A DNA stretch of 32,000 nucleotides from Crocosphaera subtropica ATCC 51142 (lineage in GTDB: Bacteria; Cyanobacteriota; Cyanobacteriia; Cyanobacteriales; Microcystaceae). A model generated the notes under the pieces. It was not told the origin of the DNA, did not search any database, and worked only from the letters and a program-made list of their open reading frames with translations. Numbering within the stretch: the first letter of the stretch is position 1; every line of letters begins with the position of its first letter. The stretch is from assembly GCF_000017845.1 (NCBI RefSeq), contig NC_010546.1, positions 3,270,001 to 3,302,000 on the forward strand, written 5' to 3'. This document shows, piece after piece, positions 16,132-23,596 of this stretch. Both the position numbers and the translations under genes were made by a program.

Positions 16132-17013
16132 ATGCGTTTATTTATTGCACTGATTTTAGGAACTTTTTTGGTGGTAGTGAGTGGGCAAACTAATCTTTTT
16201 GCAACTAATGTAATCTTACCTCCTCAAGATGATTATGCAGACTATATGTGGGAAGTCCATCATCATGAACAACCCCTCCCTACGGATATTTTAACGCAAG
16301 CACCAACTGAAGATGATACGGTTACCGCAGAGATGGTCACTTACGGGACTTTAGACGGAAAAGAGATCAAAGGTTATCTTGCGTCTCCGATGGATATCGA
16401 TCGCCCTTTACCTGGGATTATTGTTATCCATGAATGGTGGGGACTCAATGATAATATTAAAGCCATGACCCGTAAACTTGCAGCAGAAGGGTACACCGCT
16501 TTAGCAGTGGATATGTATAGCGGAGAAACAGCCGAAACCCCTGAAAAAGCCAGAGAATTAGTGACTGAGGCGAGAAATAATAGCGATCGCCTTAAGGATA
16601 ATCTGGCTTTAGCGTATCAATATTTGGAAGAAGAAGAAAAGGCCCCAAAAATTGCTTCTATCGGTTGGTGTTTTGGAGGAAGTTTATCTTTGCAAACGGC
16701 TTTGTTATTCCCCGAAACCCTTGATGCTGCTGTGATCTATTATGGGGGAGACTTAGAAACCGATGCAGAAGTTTTAAAACCTTTAGAAATGCCCATTTTA
16801 GGGATTTTTGGTGAGTTAGATGATCGGCCTTCCCCTGAAACCGTTGAAGCGTTTGAAATGGCCTTAAAGTCTCTTGATAAAGAAGTTGATGTCTATATCT
16901 ATCCCAATGCTGATCACGCTTTCGCTAACCCATCCGGGGAACGATACAACCCAGTAGCGGCCATGGATGCTTGGGATAAAACCGTAGCATTTTTTTCAGA
17001 ACATCTCAAATAA
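16132..17013 (+). CDS. Dienelactone hydrolase family protein, secreted/periplasmic
   Basis: 293-aa ORF with a signal peptide (MRLFIALILGTFLVVVSG). DLH motifs are present: IIVIHEWWGLNDNIK, the nucleophile-elbow region GWCFGG, and a C-terminal YPNADHAF. Confidence 0.85.
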   Translation: MRLFIALILGTFLVVVSGQTNLFATNVILPPQDDYADYMWEVHHHEQPLPTDILTQAPTEDDTVTAEMVTYGTLDGKEIKGYLASPMDIDRPLPGIIVIHEWWGLNDNIKAMTRKLAAEGYTALAVDMYSGETAETPEKARELVTEARNNSDRLKDNLALAYQYLEEEEKAPKIASIGWCFGGSLSLQTALLFPETLDAAVIYYGGDLETDAEVLKPLEMPILGIFGELDDRPSPETVEAFEMALKSLDKEVDVYIYPNADHAFANPSGERYNPVAAMDAWDKTVAFFSEHLK

Positions 17014-17109
17014 GCGAAGGTGCAAGATATGGGGATTCGATAAATTAGAAGAGGCATTAAAATTTAGAGAATATTCTGAACTATCCGTTTAATTTAATTA
17101 TATTCTCTC

Positions 17110-17255
17110 CCTGATCCCTGCTTTTCACTCCCTGCTTCTCACTTCCCCCAGATCAGAAAGAGAACCGACGACTTTCCGTGTTTCGTCTCGGTTCTCTTGT
17201 CTGGTTCGCTCCTCACACTATGTATAACTATATAGGAACCTTTGGATTTTGTCAT
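17110..17255 (+). ncRNA. Candidate small RNA locus (CU-rich tract + strong hairpin + Yfr1-like CUCCUCACAC core)
   Basis: Sits in a 278-bp gap between convergent genes. It has a tandem 14-nt CU-rich repeat (17115-17142) and a GC-rich hairpin GAGAACCGACGA../..TCGTCTCGGTTCTC (17160-17196) followed by TTGTCTGGTT. GCTCCTCACAC (17208-17218) matches 10/11 of the Yfr1 core ACUCCUCACAC as I recall it. A 7-bp AU hairpin follows (17218-17235), then a U-run. Strand and ends are uncertain. Confidence 0.3.
17115..17142 (+). repeat. Tandem 14-nt direct repeat (TCCCTGCTTTTCAC / TCCCTGCTTCTCAC)
   Basis: Two adjacent copies differ at one position. They are flanked by the inverted hexamers CTGATC and GATCAG. 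Confidence 0.8.
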
Positions 17256-17291
17256 GTTACTTAAGATTTATTTTTGATTTATTACATAGAT

Positions 17292-18167
17292 TTACAATCT
17301 GTGACGGGGTGGTTGTTCCGTTTGCGATAACCATAACCCTTGGAGCAAAATTTGTGTAATAGCGACTAAACCGAGTCTTGCTTGAGATAATTGCGGTTTA
17401 TATCGACTGGTTGCCCCAAAAATGCGGCAATGACGCTCGAACTCTAGAAAATGCTCACTTAAGGCTAATGCTAATTTGATCTCATGACTACCTGACTCAT
17501 TCAACAAACGATCCACAGTCAGAAGCATTTGAGAAATGAGCGATCGCTCAAATTGATTTAAACCTAAGCTAGACCAAGGAATCGAATGAGAAGTTGATAA
17601 AGGCCATTGGTAAGGCGGAAAAAGCGGATTTTTGAGTGTTATTAATTGTTCTTGTTCCCCTAACCGTAGTAAAGTGCAACAACGTGCATAGGTATATTGG
17701 AGAGGCCATAAATTGTCATGAGTTGTTGACTTTTGAGTGAACCTTTTTCGGGGATAGGGAAATATTTGCCAAGATTGTAACCAACAGGATAAACTGCGAT
17801 CGCACAAAGTAAACTCTAACCAACCCGGATCAAGGAGTTTGAGAGTAAAGGTTAAAGATAAGGTTTCCTCTGGGTGGTTGGGTTGTTGTTGTAGGGTGTT
17901 AAAAATAGTGTCTGCTAGTGTGAGGGGAGAGAGGGGAGAATGAGAGGATAATTGAAAAGCGATCGCACAACGATAAGTGAAAGCATCAATATTAGGTAAT
18001 CTGTATAGAGAAATAGGAAGGTTATTGCTAAGAAAATGAGTAAAATTTGCTCTATCTAAATTCAGCAATTGAGTGAAGAGAAACTGCTGTAACTGTTGCT
18101 GAATAGAAATATTAATTATTTTAATGGTTAAAGGATAAATACTCTTAATTATTCTGGTTTTTGTCAT
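17292..18167 (-). CDS. Stand-alone DALR (ArgRS-type anticodon-binding)-like domain protein
   Basis: 291-aa ORF. LQYTYARCCTLLRLGE resembles the YxQYAHARxxSxxR motif of the arginyl-tRNA synthetase DALR domain. The rest is helical and Leu/Gln-rich. Recognition rests on this one motif. Confidence 0.5.
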   Translation of the reverse strand: MTKTRIIKSIYPLTIKIINISIQQQLQQFLFTQLLNLDRANFTHFLSNNLPISLYRLPNIDAFTYRCAIAFQLSSHSPLSPLTLADTIFNTLQQQPNHPEETLSLTFTLKLLDPGWLEFTLCDRSLSCWLQSWQIFPYPRKRFTQKSTTHDNLWPLQYTYARCCTLLRLGEQEQLITLKNPLFPPYQWPLSTSHSIPWSSLGLNQFERSLISQMLLTVDRLLNESGSHEIKLALALSEHFLEFERHCRIFGATSRYKPQLSQARLGLVAITQILLQGLWLSQTEQPPRHRL

Positions 18168-18230
18168 CTTTAGTAAAATTAGCTAAAATAAGAGCTTCTT
18201 AACGATGATGATTTAAGCGTTGGTCTTTTT

Positions 18231-18971
18231 ATGAAAAGAAGAGACAGTCATTACTTTAATAATAAATCAGAGCAAATCTTTTCTTCTGAATCATTATTAA
18301 CTTCCCCCAAAGATCCCCCTTTTAATAATTGGCAAGAACTATATAACTGGGGGCGTTCCCATTGTCGTCAACGAATTTTCCATAAAGATCAAATTATTCC
18401 CACTCGTCCTGGTTTATTATATATTGTTAATAAAGGTGCTGTGCGATTGATGGGTTTAGCTTCTGTTAATGAAGAAAATAAACTGACACAGCATGAATCC
18501 ATAGAAGAGATTTTTTTAGGTATTTTAGGCACCGAAAGACCCTTTGAAATTGTAGAACATTCTTATAGTATTCTTCGAGTAGAAGCTCATGTTAATCAAA
18601 CCTCTGTCATTTGGTTATATTGGCATGAATTAGTTGACTCTTTAAATATTTATATTCAAGTTTTAGAATTATTTCGGCAACAACATCAAAATCAATTAGT
18701 ATGGATGAGTATCTTAGCCCAAAAACGAACCATTGATCGCTTAATGGGGTTGTTAATGTTATTAGCAACAGAAGAAGGAGAAAAAACAGAAAAGGGTTAT
18801 ACTTTACCTTATATTTTAACCCATGCTCAAATTGCTAGTGCGATCGGAACAACCAGAGTTAATGTCACTCGTTTAATGGGACAACTGCGACAACAAGGGG
18901 TGATTGAAGTTGATCCCAATAATCGAATTTGTTGGAAATATAATACTTTTGAAACTCAATTTAATCTTTAA
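18231..18971 (+). CDS. Crp/Fnr-family transcriptional regulator
   Basis: 246-aa ORF. The C-terminal HTH THAQIASAIGTTRVNVTRLMGQLRQQGVI is typical of Crp/Fnr regulators. The upstream beta-roll-like region includes LLYIVNKGAVRL. Confidence 0.75.
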   Translation: MKRRDSHYFNNKSEQIFSSESLLTSPKDPPFNNWQELYNWGRSHCRQRIFHKDQIIPTRPGLLYIVNKGAVRLMGLASVNEENKLTQHESIEEIFLGILGTERPFEIVEHSYSILRVEAHVNQTSVIWLYWHELVDSLNIYIQVLELFRQQHQNQLVWMSILAQKRTIDRLMGLLMLLATEEGEKTEKGYTLPYILTHAQIASAIGTTRVNVTRLMGQLRQQGVIEVDPNNRICWKYNTFETQFNL

Positions 18972-19226
18972 CATTAAAGATAAGCAGTTAAATAATCAAA
19001 CATTTATCCGTAGTTGGGTGTTAATGACTCTAATCGTTGCTATCTTAGGAAGTGATTCGGACGCTTGAGGAATCGCTAATCGTTAATTTTGATAGGACAG
19101 TTGGTTTTATCCTACTCAACCCAAGAGAGGATTTAACTTTCCCCTCATTATTTTAATAGGCAAAATTAACATTCTGTAATAAGATGAAAAAAATCTATGG
19201 AATGATAGTACCTAAAACAATAGGGG

Positions 19227-19589
19227 GTGAGGTATATGAAAGGAAAAGACAAACATCCCAACCCCACAGTAGTGGACTTAGCTCAAGACATACTACTTCG
19301 TACTACTATCCCTTTAGACAACCATGCGGCCTTACGATCAGGATTTGCGGGTTATCCCATTAATCCTCGCTGGAATGTCAATAAAGTTCGTGCTTGGAAA
19401 ACCGGTCGTCAGTTACGTCAAGCACTACAAGAAGGAGAACTAATTATTCGCTCATCGGATTCAATGTTAGTTCCCAGTGATAATGAACAAGAAGGGATAT
19501 CAGTCTGTCAAATACCGACGCAACCGTATAAGTGGATGTCCTGTGCAGAATGGGTAAAACAACTGTTTACAAATTATCAAACAGTTTAA
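19227..19589 (+). CDS. Hypothetical protein
   Basis: 120-aa ORF from a GTG. The more likely start is the ATG at 19236, preceded by GGGGGTGAGG. I recognised no family. Confidence 0.45.
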   Translation: MRYMKGKDKHPNPTVVDLAQDILLRTTIPLDNHAALRSGFAGYPINPRWNVNKVRAWKTGRQLRQALQEGELIIRSSDSMLVPSDNEQEGISVCQIPTQPYKWMSCAEWVKQLFTNYQTV

Positions 19590-19596
19590 TAGAGGG

Positions 19597-19613
19597 GGTG
19601 GGATTTTCCCACC
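19597..19613. terminator. Short GC hairpin between convergent hypothetical gene and ferredoxin gene
   Basis: GGTGGG (19597-19602), loop ATTTT, CCCACC (19608-19613). TTCTGTC follows on the + strand. It is the only structure in the 53-nt convergent gap. Confidence 0.45.
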
Positions 19614-19642
19614 TTCTGTCATTAGTGAACAATTTAGAATAT

Positions 19643-19960
19643 TTAGAATATCTCTTCTTCTTGATCAGTCAAGATTACACAATTAGAGGTAGGAGAGGCA
19701 GCACAAGTTAAGACATAACCAGCATCGACCAAAGCATAACCTAAAAACTGAACCGCTTGGGCTGTTTGTTCAACAGTTCCTTCGATCACTTTTCCGGCGC
19801 AAACCGTACAAGCTGCTGCACAACAACAAGCAGGAAGATCAATTCCCTGTTGTTTGGCGATATCTAAAATCACCTGATCCGATGCAACTTGAATGGTTCT
19901 TTGGGCTTGAGTTTTCGGGTTAATCAGGGTAACCGAAAATTCTTCTTGGCGACTGTTCAT
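19643..19960 (-). CDS. Plant-type [2Fe-2S] ferredoxin (atypical Cys-rich loop)
   Basis: 105-aa ORF that aligns to PetF-type ferredoxins (VTLIN..ILD.A...GIDLP..C.A..C..CAGK...G.V.Q......GYVLTC.A.PTS.C.I). The cluster-binding loop reads ACCCAAACTVCAGK. Confidence 0.85.
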   Translation of the reverse strand: MNSRQEEFSVTLINPKTQAQRTIQVASDQVILDIAKQQGIDLPACCCAAACTVCAGKVIEGTVEQTAQAVQFLGYALVDAGYVLTCAASPTSNCVILTDQEEEIF

Positions 19961-20081
19961 ATTAAGTCAAAGTCCTCAATTGAGATGGAGAAAGAATAGG
20001 CTTTACCTATCTCTTTCTACTATTCCCAAAAGGAGGGATCAATTTAACATTGAACATTAAAAAGGATTAAGTTGTCTTTCC

Positions 20082-21827
20082 TTAACCAACCGTTTCTGCT
20101 AATTGATGTTGTTGCCATAACTGTTGATAAAGACCAGGTTGATTCACTAAATTTTCATGGGTTCCTATTTGTATAATTCTCCCATGATCCATGACAAAAA
20201 TACGGTCAGTTTGTGCAGCAGCAGAGAGTTGGTGAGAAATAAAAATAATTGTTCTTTGTCTTTCTTGAGAGAGACTATTTAAAATATTAGTCGCTGTTTT
20301 GTTATCCACACTAGAAAGAGCATCATCTAAGATTAATACTGGAGAATTCATCAATAACGCTCGTCCCAAAGAAGTCCGTTGACGTTGTCCGCCAGATAAG
20401 GTTATGCCTCTCTCGCCAACGATGGTATCATATTGTTGAGGAAAGTTAAAAATTTCTTCGTGAATTTGTGCTTGTTTCGCTGCATACTCTACTTCAAAGG
20501 GTTCTTTTAGGGGATCACCATAACGAATATTATTGAGAATTGTGGTACTAAATAAAAAGCTATCTTGAGGAACATAGGCAATGGCTTGCCGTAAGGTTTT
20601 CAGGTCTAATTCTGTGATATCGTAACCATCAAGAAATAACTGTTCTTTTTCAATATCTAATAGACGGGGCAAACTATTAGCTAGGGTTGTTTTTCCTGAA
20701 CCAATAGGGCCAACAATGGCAATAATTTCCCCTGGTTCAATGATGAAATTAATATCTTTAATGGCAGGTTTTTGCTCCCCTGGATAAGTATAAGTTAAAT
20801 CTTGGGCCGTGATTTGTCCTTTAATTGATTTTATTGGTACAGAAAAACTATTAGCTGAATTATAAATTTTAGGTTGAGTTTGAAAGATAGCCTGAACTCG
20901 ATCAACACTCACTTCTCCCCGTTGATAAGCTGTAATGGTAAATCCTAATAAAGCAGTAGGAAAAACTAACCTTTCTACTAATATCAGTAAAGCGACAAAA
21001 TCCCCAATACTAATAATTCCTTGATTGATGGCTGATGTACCAAAAGCTAATAGTAATAAAAGACTGATATAAGATAATGCTTCAATTAATGGAAATAATA
21101 AATTACGAGTTTGAGCTAATTTTAAATTGGCCTGAAGAAGTTGACTATTTTTTTGAGCAAATGCTCGTCTTTCGTTCTCTTCTTGAGCATAAATTTTAAT
21201 CAAAGCAATGCCACTCATATCCTCTTGGATAAGTTGACTGACATCAGAAAGTTTTTCCTGTACATCTAACTGTTGTTGTTGTAATTTTCGGCTGAATATC
21301 TGTACCGCAATTAACATTAAGGGATAAACCGCTACAGCTAGTAAACTTAAACGCACATTAATGGCCAACATCGCAGGGAGGGTGAGTCCATAAGCAAAAA
21401 TGGTATTGGCTAAACTGAGTAAAGCAAATCCCACCAAACGACGAATATTGTCTACATCACTGGTAGCACGGTTAATTAAGTCTCCCGATGTATTTCTCGA
21501 AAAATAAGCTGGTTCTAGGGTCAATAAATGCTCAAAGATGCCTTGTTTGAGACTAAACTCTACATCCCGTCCCACTCCAAAAATACAGAGGCGAGATAAC
21601 ATCCGAATGGCCCAAGAAATGGAAGCTAAAATGAAAATAAGAATAACAGCCCGTAAAATTTCTTCAAAACTAAAGGCTTGTCTTAAATTATCAATACTAT
21701 CTCGAATTAAAAGGGGTATATAGACCCCTAACCCGTTCACCACAAGTAAGGCTACCATACCATAAGTAATAATACGCCAATGGGGACGGAGATAGGTGGC
21801 CAGTTGTTGGAGTCTTGCAAGTACCAT
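20082..21827 (-). CDS. ABC exporter, fused permease/ATPase (MsbA/multidrug type)
   Basis: 581-aa ORF with six N-terminal TM helices. Nucleotide-binding motifs are Walker A GPIGSGKTT, ABC signature LSGGQRQR and Walker B LILDDALS. Confidence 0.9.
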   Translation of the reverse strand: MVLARLQQLATYLRPHWRIITYGMVALLVVNGLGVYIPLLIRDSIDNLRQAFSFEEILRAVILIFILASISWAIRMLSRLCIFGVGRDVEFSLKQGIFEHLLTLEPAYFSRNTSGDLINRATSDVDNIRRLVGFALLSLANTIFAYGLTLPAMLAINVRLSLLAVAVYPLMLIAVQIFSRKLQQQQLDVQEKLSDVSQLIQEDMSGIALIKIYAQEENERRAFAQKNSQLLQANLKLAQTRNLLFPLIEALSYISLLLLLAFGTSAINQGIISIGDFVALLILVERLVFPTALLGFTITAYQRGEVSVDRVQAIFQTQPKIYNSANSFSVPIKSIKGQITAQDLTYTYPGEQKPAIKDINFIIEPGEIIAIVGPIGSGKTTLANSLPRLLDIEKEQLFLDGYDITELDLKTLRQAIAYVPQDSFLFSTTILNNIRYGDPLKEPFEVEYAAKQAQIHEEIFNFPQQYDTIVGERGITLSGGQRQRTSLGRALLMNSPVLILDDALSSVDNKTATNILNSLSQERQRTIIFISHQLSAAAQTDRIFVMDHGRIIQIGTHENLVNQPGLYQQLWQQHQLAETVG

Positions 21828-21879
21828 GAAGTCAATAATTGATGATGGTGAGAACGTTCCTTAAAAGGGTTATTATATC

Positions 21880-21920
21880 TTAACAATACAAAAGGGATCG
21901 CTAATCCTCAGCGATCCCTT
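21880..21920 (-). terminator. Rho-independent terminator of desA
   Basis: Perfect 11-bp stem AAGGGATCGCT (21892-21902) / AGCGATCCCTT (21910-21920). On the minus strand TTTGTATTGTT follows. It lies 36 nt downstream of the desA stop. Confidence 0.65.
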
Positions 21921-21956
21921 AACGTTGTCACAAAAAGGGTTTATGAATGGGGAAAA

Positions 21957-23006
21957 CTATTTTTTATTCTGATAATGTTGTTGAAAACTCTGATAGTTTG
22001 TCTCAGGATGATAAAGATGACATTGAGTTGTAATCTCATTCATTAACGGCCAAGAAAAGCGAAGTTCACACAAATAATCACCCCAGTTTTCCTTTAAACT
22101 TTCATGGGCTAAACGCAAATTATAGCTCGGTATTCCCGTAGAAATGTGATGGGGAATATGAACGTTAATGTCATGACAAAGAATTTCTACCCAACGGGGA
22201 TAATCACAGTGAACCGTACCACATAATTGAGCTTCTGCTTCGTTCCACTCTTCTTCTTTCTTAAAGGGAATATTCGGAACTGTATGATGGACTAAAGTAA
22301 AGGTACTCATCCAAAAATGAAACACTAACCAAGGTAACAACCAAAATTTGATAACACCCCATACTCCTAAGGTAGCGAAGGCAATGGGAAAGGCAATAAT
22401 AGCAGCTATAATAACCACTAAAGCAGAAAAGCGAATTTGTTCTCTGTCTTTTCCTTCAAATTTAGTCCAGTCAAAATGAATTTTCGCCCAGTGAACCACA
22501 GAAGCGAACCACCAAAAACGACCTCGTAACTGTCGATATCCCCACTTTTCAAAAGCAGAAAAAGTCTCATAAAATTCTGGCATAAATGGGTCCCAAGCGT
22601 TATCAACATCTAATTTATTGGTATGCTTGTGATGATGATTGTGGAGAATACGCCAACCATGAAAAGGATAAAATAGCGGTAAAAAAACAGTATGGCCAAC
22701 GAAATCATTGACCCAATTATTATTAGAAAAAGAACGATGTCCACAATCATGGCCAATGACAAATAATCCTGTCATGGCTGTTCCTGTAAAAGCCCATAAA
22801 ATAGGCAGTAAGTACCAAGGAGAAACGGCCAAAGCAGCCCATCCTAAAGCTACCATAGAAACTGTAAGAATCACCTTAAACCAGGCTTTTCGGGGGTTTT
22901 TAACAAAGACTTCTGAGGGTAATGTTTTTAAAATGTCACGCAACCGAATATTCCCATCCAATTGAGGAGGAACTAACGGTTTAGATTGAGGGAGCAATGT
23001 TGTCAT
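21957..23006 (-). CDS. desA: Acyl-lipid delta-12 (omega-6) fatty-acid desaturase
   Basis: 349-aa ORF with three His boxes (HDCGH, HNHHH, HIPHH). By recall it is near-collinear with Synechocystis DesA (GTVHCDYPRWVE.LCHDINVHIPHH; SYNLRLAH.SLKENWG). Confidence 0.9.
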   Translation of the reverse strand: MTTLLPQSKPLVPPQLDGNIRLRDILKTLPSEVFVKNPRKAWFKVILTVSMVALGWAALAVSPWYLLPILWAFTGTAMTGLFVIGHDCGHRSFSNNNWVNDFVGHTVFLPLFYPFHGWRILHNHHHKHTNKLDVDNAWDPFMPEFYETFSAFEKWGYRQLRGRFWWFASVVHWAKIHFDWTKFEGKDREQIRFSALVVIIAAIIAFPIAFATLGVWGVIKFWLLPWLVFHFWMSTFTLVHHTVPNIPFKKEEEWNEAEAQLCGTVHCDYPRWVEILCHDINVHIPHHISTGIPSYNLRLAHESLKENWGDYLCELRFSWPLMNEITTQCHLYHPETNYQSFQQHYQNKK

Positions 23007-23143
23007 GAATAACTTAAGGATAGTACAAAGTGTTAACGAGAGAGTAAGTTATGGGAAACTGAGGCTTGAAAACCTTGACAATTAGGGGAAGACCCGAATG
23101 ATGGGTCAAAAAATACAAGATTTCCCATGACTTAGCCTTAATA

Positions 23144-23152
23144 GTTATATCA
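23144..23152 (-). promoter_or_regulatory. Possible extended -10 element for desA
   Basis: The minus strand reads TGATATAAC (TGn + TATAAC). It sits just upstream of the structured leader at 23051-23128. Confidence 0.25.
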
Positions 23153-23596
23153 CATCATCAGGGACATAAGGGACAGGTCAAGAGAAAATTGTCTCAATCT
23201 TTTATTGATGAAAAGCTCAAGTTAGTTAGATGAAAATAGGAAGAAAAAAAGTTTTTAAATGAATTTCAATGATGATTTGCTATTTTTTAGCCATTGAATA
23301 ATCGAATCAGATGTCATCATCTGTTATATATCTTTCAAAAAAGATATATTTTATGGCTAGAAAACATTTATTTTTGAACGTTTAAAGAAGAGATTTTAAA
23401 TTTCAAACCAAGTATGAATTATCAATAACTAAAATAGATGAGAACATCAAAAATTTCCCATAAATAAAATCCCCGTCACATTTTTTAAAGAATCAAAGAG
23501 ACTCAAAACAGTTAAGATAGAAAAAGTCACTCATAATCTGACTGAGCGATATAGAAAGATAAAGCCAGATTAGTACCGCATTTAATATTCATTGCA

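Noticed and set aside
17017-17033. 15-mer AAGGTGCAAGATATG repeated in inverse orientation at 30346-30360, both just downstream of gene 3' ends
   Set aside because: About one such 15-mer coincidence is expected in 32 kb when both strands are considered. The flanking sequence does not align and the orientation relative to the nearby CU-rich tracts is inconsistent. I treat it as chance.
18972-19226. Direct repeat CTAATCGTT x2 and short stems in the Crp/hypothetical intergenic region, considered as a riboswitch or sRNA
   Set aside because: The stems are only 5-6 bp and I recognised no known riboswitch core. This cannot be distinguished from chance.
19990-20017. Bulged hairpin GAAAGAATAGG/CCTATCTCTTTC between the ABC exporter stop and the ferredoxin start
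   Set aside because: No U-tract lies on either strand and the stem is interrupted. It could be a weak terminator or a leader structure, but support is insufficient.
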